Positions 45,971 to 54,922 of a stretch of DNA of 64,000 nucleotides are shown in pieces. The position numbers were made by a program, and so were the translations under genes. The stretch spans positions 4,458 through 68,457 of the forward strand of contig DAOULZ010000001.1 of the NCBI GenBank assembly GCA_034414575.1, written 5' to 3'. The notes under the pieces were generated by a model. That model saw only the letters and a program-made list of their open reading frames with translations, did not search any database and was not told the DNA's origin. Source of the DNA: Dehalococcoidales bacterium (lineage in GTDB: Bacteria > Chloroflexota > Dehalococcoidia > Dehalococcoidales > UBA5760). Numbering within the stretch: position 1 is the first letter of the stretch; each line of letters opens with the position of its first letter.

Positions 45971-46786
45971 CTAAAGTAATTTGAGCCAGGCACGATAAAG
46001 CTCTCTCCGAGACAAGCCCGTTTCCTTAGCTAACCTGGCAATTGCCTCCTTAGCCGTTACCCCACAAAGGCGCATACTGTGTAACTGCCGTTCAACATCC
46101 TCGGTCAGCTGTGGCTTTCCTTCCCCTTCCCTACCAGCAATAACCAGGGTAAACTCACCCTTCGGCTGGGTAAAGTACGCCAGCGCCTGGCTCGTCACGC
46201 CGCGGAAAACCTCCTCATGAATTTTGGTCAGCTCGCGACATACCGCCACCCGCCTGTCTCCCAAGACGCTTAGAATATCGTCCAGGGTAGCCCGCAAACG
46301 GTGCGGCGACTCCAAGGCGACAATAGTGCCCTCTTCACTGACCACCGACTCCAGTAACCGCCGCCGGCTACCAGCCCGGCGAGGCAGAAAGCCCAGGTAG
46401 ATAAACCTCCCGGTAGGTAGTCCCGAAACAACCAGCGCCGTGATAACGACTGAGGGTCCAGGAATAGGCACCACCGGAAAGCCTCGTTTATTGGCAGCGA
46501 CAATCAGTTCGTAGCCCGGATCACTCATCCCCGGCATCCCGGCATCAGAGACCAGGGCCACATCACCACCGGCAAGAAAGTCCAGAATATAACCCATCCT
46601 TGCCCACTTGTTGTGCTCATGATAGCTTACCAGCGGCGTCTTAATCTCATACTTATTAAGAAGCTGCCGGCTGCGGCGGGTATCCTCAGCCGCGATAAGC
46701 CCCACTTCTCGCAGGGTGCGTAGTGCCCGCAGGGAAACATCCTCTAGATTACCGATTGGAGTCGCCACCAGGTAAAGAGCCGCCAT
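45971..46786 (-). CDS. rsmI: 16S rRNA C1402 2'-O-methyltransferase RsmI
   Basis: LYLVATPIGNLED, AEDTR, VSDAGMPG.SDPG, ESPHR, RELTKIHEE. Start moved to ATG 46786. Confidence 0.96.
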   Translation of the reverse strand: MAALYLVATPIGNLEDVSLRALRTLREVGLIAAEDTRRSRQLLNKYEIKTPLVSYHEHNKWARMGYILDFLAGGDVALVSDAGMPGMSDPGYELIVAANKRGFPVVPIPGPSVVITALVVSGLPTGRFIYLGFLPRRAGSRRRLLESVVSEEGTIVALESPHRLRATLDDILSVLGDRRVAVCRELTKIHEEVFRGVTSQALAYFTQPKGEFTLVIAGREGEGKPQLTEDVERQLHSMRLCGVTAKEAIARLAKETGLSRRELYRAWLKLL

Positions 46787-46850
46787 CGCCTTATATCTTC
46801 CCCTTACCACGCCTATTATAACCTTATACCTCGTCGCTCGTCTATACCTA

Positions 46851-46879
46851 TTGACAAATGGATATACCACCTGTATTAT
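46851..46879 (+). promoter_or_regulatory. sigma70-type promoter of the DegV gene
   Basis: TTGACA(46851-56)-N17-TATTAT(46874-79). Confidence 0.65.
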
Positions 46880-46936
46880 CACTGGCATACTTAGATAATC
46901 TATCTCCCCCCGCGCGAAAAACCAAAGGAGGCAATA

Positions 46937-47800
46937 ATGAGAGAGGTAGCGATCATAGCCGACGGTGTTGCTACCCTACCGCCGGAGGTAGTACAAGAAT
47001 ACGACATCCTAGTGGCACCTTTCCATATCAAGATGGATGACAAGGACTACCTAGAAACGGAAATAGACAGGGAAAAACTCTATAGCCGACTGAGGGGTAA
47101 GGAGAACCTGCCCACCACCTCACCACCCTCTCCTGGAGAATTCTTAGAGCTATGTAAGAAGGCAAGCCAGCAGGCAAAGGCTATTTTGATTATCGTTCTA
47201 ACCAGTGGCTTCTCCCAGGCATATAACTCAGCGCTGAACGCCAAAAAATCGGCAGCGAAACAACTACCTAATACCACTGTTGAGGTCTTTGATTCCCTCA
47301 CCGTTATCGGCGGCCAGATGCTCGTCACCATTGAGGCAGCCAAGGCAGCCCGGGAAGGCAAAACCCTGTCTGAAGTGATCGAGGCTGCCGACAAAGTAAG
47401 GCAACGCGTGGCCTCGCTGGCCATAAGAGAGTCCCTCTTTCATTTTGACCGCAGTGGCCGAGTCGGCAAGGCTAAGGACTGGGCTAAGTCGGAAATCCCC
47501 ACCGCAACCGTACTAGAGACCAGTGCCGCCAGTAGCGGAGTGACCAAACCGATATTAAGAGAGCGAACCCTGACTAAAGCAATTGATGCCACGCTCGACT
47601 TAGTTGCCGAAAAGAGCGGGGGCAAGCATTTACACGCAGCGGTAACCCACACCAATGCCCCCAAGAAAGCTGAGGAGCTAAGAGAGAAGCTAGCATCACG
47701 GTTTAACCCGGTTGAACTCTATCTCAACGAGTGCTCACTGGTGGCGGCAGTCATAAACGGAGAGGGCTTGGTTGAGTTTGGATTCTACAGTGAAGACTAA
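46937..47800 (+). CDS. DegV family fatty-acid-binding protein
   Basis: VAIIADG, PTTSPPSPGEF, SG.SQAYNSA, VFDS, SGRVGKA; SD AAGGAGG. Confidence 0.88.
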   Translation: MREVAIIADGVATLPPEVVQEYDILVAPFHIKMDDKDYLETEIDREKLYSRLRGKENLPTTSPPSPGEFLELCKKASQQAKAILIIVLTSGFSQAYNSALNAKKSAAKQLPNTTVEVFDSLTVIGGQMLVTIEAAKAAREGKTLSEVIEAADKVRQRVASLAIRESLFHFDRSGRVGKAKDWAKSEIPTATVLETSAASSGVTKPILRERTLTKAIDATLDLVAEKSGGKHLHAAVTHTNAPKKAEELREKLASRFNPVELYLNECSLVAAVINGEGLVEFGFYSED

Positions 47801-47992
47801 GAGGCTACCCCATTGTCCCTATGAGAAACTGCTCTGATGTAGGTCTAAGTTAAGAGATAAACCGACTAACGCTGAGCCATCTTTTAAATTATGCTGCTAC
47901 TAGCTGCCTTCGTAAAGCAGCCTCATCTAAAACTTCCTTGACTTTGAAGCATTGTCTTTGGTATATTTCCAGTTTAAGAAGGGAAATTTAAG

Positions 47993-49138
47993 ATGACCAT
48001 TCCTCAGTCTAAGCAGTTGCGACGCGCCTACGGGTTCGACGAGGTAGCCATAGTACCGGGCGAGGTAACTATCAACTCCGACCAGACAAATATAGATCTC
48101 AAGATAGAGAGTCTCACCTTCTCCATCCCCATTATCGCCTCCGCCATGGATGCGGTGACCGATGTCAATTTCGCCATCCTGATGGGTAAGCTAGGGGGGC
48201 TCGCCGTCCTCCACCTGGAAGGGGTTCAGACTCGGTATGAGCAGCCCCAAGAGATACTCGCCGAAATTGCTCAGGCATCTGATGCTGAGATCACTCAGCT
48301 ACTCCAGAAGGTCTATTCCCAACCGATTAAGGATAACCTTGTCGGCGAACGAATCCAGGCGATTAAGAAAGCCGGCGCCGCATGCGCGGTTTCGGCGACC
48401 CCAGCCAATACCAAACGCCTGTCACCGATAGCTGCTGAAGCCGGGGCCGATATCCTAGTCATCCAATCCACGGTTACCACCGCCCGACATACCTCCAAAA
48501 GCTACCGCGGACTAATATTCTCTGAGCTTCGTAAATCGGTACCCATGCCCATCATCGTAGGCAACTGTGTCAGCTATGGTGCCTGTCTGGAGCTAATGAG
48601 AACCGGGATCTCCGGGGTCCTGGTCGGTATCGGGCCCGGGGCTGCCTGCACCACCCGGGAGGTTCTGGGCGTCGGTGTTCCCCAGATAACAGCCACCATA
48701 GACTGTGCTGCCGCTAGAGATGAGTACCAGCGGGAGTCGGGGAGATACGTACCGATAATCACCGACGGTGGTTTCCGCAAGGGCGGAGACCTGTGTAAAG
48801 CCCTGGCTAGTGGGGCTGACGCCATGATGCTCGGCTCCATTCTGGCTCAAGCCAAAGAGGCACCCGGCTTGGGTTATCACTGGGGCATGTCCCACCCACA
48901 CCCAGCCCTCCCCAGAGGAACCCGGATAAAGGTCGGTATCACCGGCTCACTGGAGCAGATTCTCTTTGGCCCGACTTCAGTCACCGATGGTAGCCAAAAC
49001 CTGGTCGGGGCAATTCGCACCGCCATGGGTGTCTGCGGCGCCTTTACCATCCCGGAGATGCACCAAGCTGAGATGGTAATCGCCCCGGCAATCACCACCG
49101 AAGGAAAATTCTGGCAACTGTCAAAGTCGCCACGCTAG
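47993..49138 (+). CDS. guaB3: GuaB3 family IMP dehydrogenase-related protein
   Basis: RRAYGFDEVAIVP, IIASAMD, GIGPGAACTTREVLG.GVPQ.TA, DGG..KGGD, HWGM; no CBS domains. Confidence 0.9.
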   Translation: MTIPQSKQLRRAYGFDEVAIVPGEVTINSDQTNIDLKIESLTFSIPIIASAMDAVTDVNFAILMGKLGGLAVLHLEGVQTRYEQPQEILAEIAQASDAEITQLLQKVYSQPIKDNLVGERIQAIKKAGAACAVSATPANTKRLSPIAAEAGADILVIQSTVTTARHTSKSYRGLIFSELRKSVPMPIIVGNCVSYGACLELMRTGISGVLVGIGPGAACTTREVLGVGVPQITATIDCAAARDEYQRESGRYVPIITDGGFRKGGDLCKALASGADAMMLGSILAQAKEAPGLGYHWGMSHPHPALPRGTRIKVGITGSLEQILFGPTSVTDGSQNLVGAIRTAMGVCGAFTIPEMHQAEMVIAPAITTEGKFWQLSKSPR

Positions 49139-49191
49139 TGCTATAATAGCACGACGCAGGTTTTCACACCTAACAGGTAGAGGGCTTTTTA

Positions 49192-50436
49192 ATGTTACAC
49201 AAAATCTCCCTAGGAATCTCTGATATCAACAAATATCGCCTTATCGAAAGCCGGGGACTCATCGATGAAGTGGTAAGTCTGGGGGAGGAGCTCAAGGGAC
49301 TGCGCCTCTGCCACATCAACTCCACGCCCTTCGGGGGCGGGGTCGCCGAGCTCCTGGTCTCCTACATACCACTTCTGCGGGCGCTGGGCATTAAGGCCGA
49401 CTGGCAGGTAATACGCGGTGACCGCCATTTCTTTACTATTACCAAGGGTCTGCATAACGCCCTGCAGGGAGCCCCTTTTCCTGAAATCAACAAGCAGAAT
49501 ATCAGAAGAAGGTACCTGTCCAATAACCTAGCTAATGCCCGCGAACTTGACCCCAATTACGACGTCTTTATCGTCAACGACCCCCAGCCGGCTGCCCTGC
49601 GTCACTACTCCCCAGAAAACAAAGCCAAATGGATATGGCGCTGCCATGTGGATAGTTCCCAGCCAGACGCCACGGTGTGGAATTTCCTGCGCCCCTACGT
49701 TCAAGAGTATGACGCTGCGGTCTTCACCACCGAGAAATTCATACCCCAGAACCTTAACCTTAAAAAAATCTCCGCCATGACACCAGCTATCTGTGCCTTC
49801 AGCTCTAAGAATATGTTCATCAAAAAGTATGTCTGCCGGGAAATGCTGGAAAACCTTGGCTTTGACCGCAACCGCTTCCTGATTACCCAAGTATCCCGCT
49901 TTGACCGCTGGAAGGACCCCTTCGGCACCATTGCTGCCTACCGACTGGCCAAAAAAGAAATTCCCGGCCTCCAGCTAGCCATGATAGGTAGCTTTGCTCA
50001 GGACGATCCGGAATCATGGGACATGTATGCTGCCATTCACACCGAGGCCAATAAAGACGATGACATGTTTGTCCATTCCAACCTGACTGGCATCGGAAAC
50101 ATGGAGGTTAACGCCTTCCAGCGCGCTAGCGACGTAGTTATTCAGAAATCAATCAGGGAGGGCTTCGGCCTGGTAGTCGCGGAAGCACTATGGAAAGAGA
50201 CACCAGTAGTCGCCGGTAACGCCGGTGGTATCCCCCTGCAAATGACCGGCGAGCTTAGTAACTACCTGGTAAACAGCGTCGAGGAATGTGCTGAGAAGAT
50301 AGTCTACCTGCTACGTAATCCAGCCGTCTGCCAGCGGTTAGGAGCAGAAGGTAAGGAGATTGTCACCCAGAATTTCCTTCTGCCCCGACTGGTTCGGGAC
50401 GAGCTTAATCTGATAAAGAGCTTGCTGAATAAATAG
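49192..50436 (+). CDS. treT: Glycosyltransferring trehalose synthase TreT (GT4)
   Basis: HINST.FGGGVAELL, DPQP, WIWRCHVD, QVSRFDRWKDP.G, QKSIREGFGL.V.EALWK.TPVV.G..GGIPLQ. Confidence 0.88.
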   Translation: MLHKISLGISDINKYRLIESRGLIDEVVSLGEELKGLRLCHINSTPFGGGVAELLVSYIPLLRALGIKADWQVIRGDRHFFTITKGLHNALQGAPFPEINKQNIRRRYLSNNLANARELDPNYDVFIVNDPQPAALRHYSPENKAKWIWRCHVDSSQPDATVWNFLRPYVQEYDAAVFTTEKFIPQNLNLKKISAMTPAICAFSSKNMFIKKYVCREMLENLGFDRNRFLITQVSRFDRWKDPFGTIAAYRLAKKEIPGLQLAMIGSFAQDDPESWDMYAAIHTEANKDDDMFVHSNLTGIGNMEVNAFQRASDVVIQKSIREGFGLVVAEALWKETPVVAGNAGGIPLQMTGELSNYLVNSVEECAEKIVYLLRNPAVCQRLGAEGKEIVTQNFLLPRLVRDELNLIKSLLNK

Positions 50437-50519
50437 ACTGCCGATAATTCTACCGGGTGACCAGTTGACCGCTTACCCGATAGAAAACCCAGGAAGTGAC
50501 GCCAAGCTAGTCTTCGCCA

Positions 50520-51305
50520 CTATGAATCACTAGGTAGCTCTTCCTCACTTTCTATCTCCACCTCCCGGCTAATAGGAGGTAGCAAAGCCTTTGCCTTACC
50601 CCGCCGCCTTTGTGACGGGAAGGCTAGTTTATCAATTGCCTCTCGGAGTTGCCTTAAACCCCCACGGGGTCCACCGGCGCCAGCCGGCACGATAACACCA
50701 TCCACTCCGGCTTCCCACAGCATCTTAACCTCACCAACCGTCACTTTGGACGGCACCGAGACTAACAAAGGGCAGGCCAGCAGACTGGCGAAGCGCTGAA
50801 TAAGCATCAGCTCACGCCAGGTAAGAGAGGCACCATCCTTTCGTTCCCCAGAAACAAGGACGCCATCCACCGGAAGCTCACTAATCGTGCGGATCACGCT
50901 GGCACCCAGCGTTGCCTCAACCTCCAGTATCTTACCCGCTTCAGTATCCTCAAGAACCCCCAGCGGTGTGCTCGCCGCCGGGAAAATTACAAAATCGCCG
51001 CTGAGAGCCTTAATCTTCTGACTTCTTGGCCACCTGCTGCCTTTAATCCAGCCGCCCCAAGGGATATCGGGGACAGCATCGGCACACCCTCGAAGAGCCT
51101 CACCATCATTCTTTAGCTCGGAAATATCTATTAGCCCGGCATCAGCCCCGCTCACCAAATCAGCCAGATTACTAACCCTGGCCTGAGCCAAGCTGGCAAC
51201 CAGCAGTATCTTAGGCTTGGCTGAGGCTAGTTGTCCCCGTCCAAATCCCATCGGTTGCGCTGTAGCCTGCGAAGCAAGCTTTAATTTATCTATGAATCTG
51301 CTCAT
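50520..51305 (-). CDS. Hypothetical protein (possible HpcH/HpaI-like TIM barrel)
   Basis: 261-aa ORF with alternating beta/alpha pattern and LWEAGVDGVIVP. Confidence 0.6.
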   Translation of the reverse strand: MSRFIDKLKLASQATAQPMGFGRGQLASAKPKILLVASLAQARVSNLADLVSGADAGLIDISELKNDGEALRGCADAVPDIPWGGWIKGSRWPRSQKIKALSGDFVIFPAASTPLGVLEDTEAGKILEVEATLGASVIRTISELPVDGVLVSGERKDGASLTWRELMLIQRFASLLACPLLVSVPSKVTVGEVKMLWEAGVDGVIVPAGAGGPRGGLRQLREAIDKLAFPSQRRRGKAKALLPPISREVEIESEEELPSDS

Positions 51306-51470
51306 ACACCTGCCACCATTAGCTAGAAGAAAATTATAGAAAAAAACACGGAGAAATGCAACGCAAAACCACTACTTCCGACTTTATACTGCTTAAGGGG
51401 CTGTTATTTTGCATTATGTTATGTTAGAATACTTATGTTAACAAAGGATATCATCCCATGGGGCAGGAAT

Positions 51471-52376
51471 ATGAAAGAGAATATTGAGAGTTTCCTTGAT
51501 TACCTCACATCAGAGAAGGGCTTTTCCCAGAACACGGTATTTGCTTATCGCAATGACCTCTACCAACTAGCCAGCTTCGTTGAAGAAGAGGCCGCCAGGC
51601 GTGGGGCTACCCCTTCGTGGACCAGTTTTGGACACCAGGGTATTTTAAGCTATCTCCTTAACCTCAAGGAGCGGAACTACGCAGCGACCACGACCGCCCG
51701 TAAGGTAGCAGCGATGAGGTCATTTTTTGACTTCATGATGAATGAGGGCAATATTAAAGACAACCCCTCACACAATGTGGCTTCACCTAAGGTCGGCCGG
51801 GCACTACCCAAACCCATCTCCATCAGTCAGGTTCGCCGCCTATTAGATGAGCCAGCTAGGCAGCTAAGGCCGGAGGCGAAAAGGGATACCGCCATCCTGC
51901 ACCTCCTGTATGCCAGTGGCATGAGGGTGAGCGAGTTGGTTTCCTTAAACCTTAACGATCTTGACCTATCAGGCGGCTTTGTACGCTGTTTCGGCAAGGG
52001 ACGCAAAGAGAGGATTATACCCATTCACGAACGGGCCATCCAGGCCATAACTGAATACCTTGAGGAGGTTCGTCATCGCCTGGTAGCCAACCGGGAAGAA
52101 CCAGCTCTATTCCTCAATGCTCGAGGTGAACGACTAACGAGGCAGGGGCTGTGGCAGAAACTGAAGGAATATGCCAAGTCAGTCGATCTAGAAGGTATTA
52201 CCCCTCACACTTTAAGACATAGCTTCGCCACCCATATGCTTAGTGGTGGGGCTGACCTGAGGTCAGTTCAGGAACTGCTGGGGCATGCCAACATCTCAAC
52301 GACACAGATTTATACCCATCTTACCACCGACCATATCCGCCAAACCTATGAAAAATCCCACCCCAGAGCAAAGTGA
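51471..52376 (+). CDS. xerD: Site-specific tyrosine recombinase XerD
   Basis: SAM-like N-domain, LYASGMRVSEL, GKGRKER, HTLRHSFATH, QELLGHA..TTQIY; ATG 51471 after SD. Confidence 0.92.
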   Translation: MKENIESFLDYLTSEKGFSQNTVFAYRNDLYQLASFVEEEAARRGATPSWTSFGHQGILSYLLNLKERNYAATTTARKVAAMRSFFDFMMNEGNIKDNPSHNVASPKVGRALPKPISISQVRRLLDEPARQLRPEAKRDTAILHLLYASGMRVSELVSLNLNDLDLSGGFVRCFGKGRKERIIPIHERAIQAITEYLEEVRHRLVANREEPALFLNARGERLTRQGLWQKLKEYAKSVDLEGITPHTLRHSFATHMLSGGADLRSVQELLGHANISTTQIYTHLTTDHIRQTYEKSHPRAK

Positions 52377-52412
52377 AGAAGAGTGGCCGGAGTGCTGATA
52401 CGGAGGTTTTAG

Positions 52413-52700
52413 ATGCCTAGCAAATCACGGCGCAAGCGAGGCAAGTATTCATTTCAAGGTAAAAAGCGAAAAGGCAAGCTGACCCCTGTCTCCAAGACCG
52501 CGGAACAAGCAGTAACCACTCAAACCCACGTGCCAGCGGCTCCTTCCCCGACGACAGCTCCTCCGGCAGGTGCCCCGACACCAACGTCCAAACCGGCAGT
52601 GACCGGTTACCCCTACGTGGCTAGCGAACTAAAAAGGATTGGCATCATAGCCGGGATTATGGTAGCAGTACTTGTTATCTTGTCCCGTGTTCTATCCTAA
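52413..52700 (+). CDS. Hypothetical protein: Lys/Arg-rich N-terminus, Pro/Thr linker, C-terminal TM helix
   Basis: 95-aa ORF between xerD and pcm on the same strand, preceded by SD-like GGAGG. Confidence 0.7.
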   Translation: MPSKSRRKRGKYSFQGKKRKGKLTPVSKTAEQAVTTQTHVPAAPSPTTAPPAGAPTPTSKPAVTGYPYVASELKRIGIIAGIMVAVLVILSRVLS

Positions 52701-52724
52701 GCTGTCCTGAATTGGGCATCCACC

Positions 52725-53363
52725 ATGGACTTTGAGGCAGCGAGAGCCAGATTAATCGAGCACCTTAGCCCCGAGATTAAGGATAAGCGAGTACTGGCCA
52801 CCATGGCGCACGTGCCCCGAGAGCGCTTTGTGCCCCCTGATGAAGAGCACCTAGCCTATGAAGATATACCACTACCCATCGGACTAGACCAAACAATTTC
52901 ACAACCCCTTATTATTGCCATCATGACTGAAGCTCTGGAACTTACCGGTAGTGAGAAGGTATTAGAGGTTGGCACCGGTAGTGGATATCAGGCAGCCATT
53001 CTTGCCGAATTGGCCCGCTTCGTAGTGACAACCGAGCGCTTCCCCACTCTGGCGGAGAGGGCAAGGCAAGTACTAGACAGCCTAGGTTATACCAACGTCG
53101 AAGTTCACCTAGCTGAGGAAACCCTGGGATATCAGCCTAAGGCGCCCTATGATGCCATCATGGTTACCGCCGCCGCCCCTGTGGTGCCGACTGACCTTCT
53201 GACACAGCTAGCTATCGGGGGACGGATGGTAATCCCAGTAGGCTCACGCCATGTGCAAGACCTGTGTAAAATCACCAAGAGGCGGCAAAAGAATGTTGTC
53301 CAGAACCTGGGTGGCTGCCGCTTCGTTCCCCTCGTCGGCAAAGGTGCCTGGGAAGAGAAGTGA
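52725..53363 (+). CDS. pcm: Protein-L-isoaspartate O-methyltransferase
   Basis: VPRERFV, AYED.PLPIG..QTISQP, LEVGTGSGYQAA, APYDAI.VTAA, GGRMVIPVG, CRFVPL. Confidence 0.96.
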   Translation: MDFEAARARLIEHLSPEIKDKRVLATMAHVPRERFVPPDEEHLAYEDIPLPIGLDQTISQPLIIAIMTEALELTGSEKVLEVGTGSGYQAAILAELARFVVTTERFPTLAERARQVLDSLGYTNVEVHLAEETLGYQPKAPYDAIMVTAAAPVVPTDLLTQLAIGGRMVIPVGSRHVQDLCKITKRRQKNVVQNLGGCRFVPLVGKGAWEEK

Positions 53364-53504
53364 GAAGCCCACCCTTAGGCGTTCTGGGGTTAAGAGCAGA
53401 AAATATGTATAATGGAGCCAGAAAGTATAAACACTCAAGGAGACAAGTATGGAAATCCAAGAGGCAATTAAGCTCTACCTATTTTAATTTCAAGGAGGTT
53501 ACCT

Positions 53505-53990
53505 ATGTATGAGATAGGCTTGGCTACCCCCTACTGGCTGGTGGTGCTGATGTGGATCGGCAGAATAGCGGTCTTGGTTGCTATCTGCTCTCTTCTTGCC
53601 TGGCTTGGGATTAGAGCTCTGGATGCGCTTACCCCTCACATCAAAGAGCGGGAGCGCATTGGAGAAAGCCCAATTGCCACCGGCCTCTTCATTGCCGGCT
53701 TTTTTATCCTGGTAGGGCTTGTCATCCACGGAGCGGCCACCGCCTACACCGCCGTCGGCGTCTCCGCGGTTAGCTTTATTTTCGACTTCAGGACCTGGGG
53801 CTTAGTCGCCGTCAGCTTTGCCATAAGCCTGTTAATTGGCATTGCCCTCTTGAAGATTGTGGACAAACTAACCCCTAAGATACCCTTCTTGAACGTCAAC
53901 AAAGACCCCAAAGCAGTGGGTATTTACGTCTTTGGCTATCTGATTTTCTTCGGCCTAATACTCCACGCCGCCCTAACCACACCGCTATGA
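53505..53990 (+). CDS. Polytopic membrane protein with two DUF350-like repeats
   Basis: Repeated D.LTP.I...E....P.A.G pattern (DALTPHIKERERIGESPIATG and DKLTPKIPFLNVNKDPKAVG). Confidence 0.6.
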   Translation: MYEIGLATPYWLVVLMWIGRIAVLVAICSLLAWLGIRALDALTPHIKERERIGESPIATGLFIAGFFILVGLVIHGAATAYTAVGVSAVSFIFDFRTWGLVAVSFAISLLIGIALLKIVDKLTPKIPFLNVNKDPKAVGIYVFGYLIFFGLILHAALTTPL

Positions 53991-54829
53991 AAAAGATAAA
54001 GATTTCCGTCATTTTGATATCCCTACTTCTCGCCGGATTAGCCACTACAAACTATGCTTGGGCGACACCATCAGCTAACTTCAACGAGCTAAATGGTGAG
54101 GTTTCTGACGACTGGGGCATCTTCAGAACCAGAGCCTTTGGTGAAGACGGCTTCTACCAGCTATCCGAGACCACCTTCCGCCCGGTCATTGCCTTCGAGA
54201 GCCTGGGGGCGGACACGGCTCTAGCCTACAGCTTGGGAAGGGACTTCGCCACTGAATATCCCGACGAAATACAGCGGGCCGAGGCAGTGTTTCACTTCGT
54301 TCGGGACAAGGTACAGTATACCCCTGATGTGGACCAGTTTGGCTACGAGGAGTTCGCCATGAATGCTGACGAGCTGGCAACCACCATTAGCCAAAACGGC
54401 CTGGGTCATGGCGACTGTGAGGATAGCGCCGTCCTGCTGGCAGTAATGTATAAAGGAGCCGGCTACCGCTCGGCGATTGCCGTCGGTAAGGAGCACACCG
54501 CAGCCTTGGTCTACCTGCCTGGCTATGAAAAAGCTACCGCCGTCTTTGAGATGGACGGCGAGCCGGGCTGGATCTGGGCTGAGGCTACCGGCAAGAATAA
54601 TCCGCTGGGCTGGGTACCCAAGGAATTCATTGATGCTCAAGTAGCCGTCTATGAGATAGGTGAAGAACCGGTAGAGAGGCAGGAACCACCCAGCGAACCA
54701 TCAACCGCGGTTGCCCCGGGAAGCGGGGGGACTTCCATTGCTCAACCCCCTCCATTCCTGATTGTGATGGGCTTCTTTTTGATTATCTCCCTAGTTCGAA
54801 GGAGACGACGGCGCACCTCCTATCGCTAG
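53987..54829 (+). CDS. Secreted transglutaminase-like (Cys-His-acid) protein with C-terminal membrane anchor
   Basis: Signal peptide; FHFVRDKVQY..D, GDCEDSAVLLA, EHTAA, W.EATG; C-terminal PPP-TM-RRRRRR. Confidence 0.8.
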   Translation: MKKIKISVILISLLLAGLATTNYAWATPSANFNELNGEVSDDWGIFRTRAFGEDGFYQLSETTFRPVIAFESLGADTALAYSLGRDFATEYPDEIQRAEAVFHFVRDKVQYTPDVDQFGYEEFAMNADELATTISQNGLGHGDCEDSAVLLAVMYKGAGYRSAIAVGKEHTAALVYLPGYEKATAVFEMDGEPGWIWAEATGKNNPLGWVPKEFIDAQVAVYEIGEEPVERQEPPSEPSTAVAPGSGGTSIAQPPPFLIVMGFFLIISLVRRRRRRTSYR

Positions 54830-54922
54830 TAGTACTACAAAGCCAAAAATGACGCTGACACTGCTCTTGACATCAAGCCGGTAATCACCAATAATGCGGT
54901 AAACCCTGCTTCGGAGTAGCCA

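Noticed and set aside
47800-47992. Purine riboswitch upstream of guaB3
   Set aside because: No TATAAT..GATATGG..TTTCTACC..CCGTAAA core; the promoter lies close to the start.
51397-51443. Chromosomal dif site next to xerD
   Set aside because: Only XerD-like half-sites; no 11-6-11 arrangement with the inner ATAA/TTAT symmetry.
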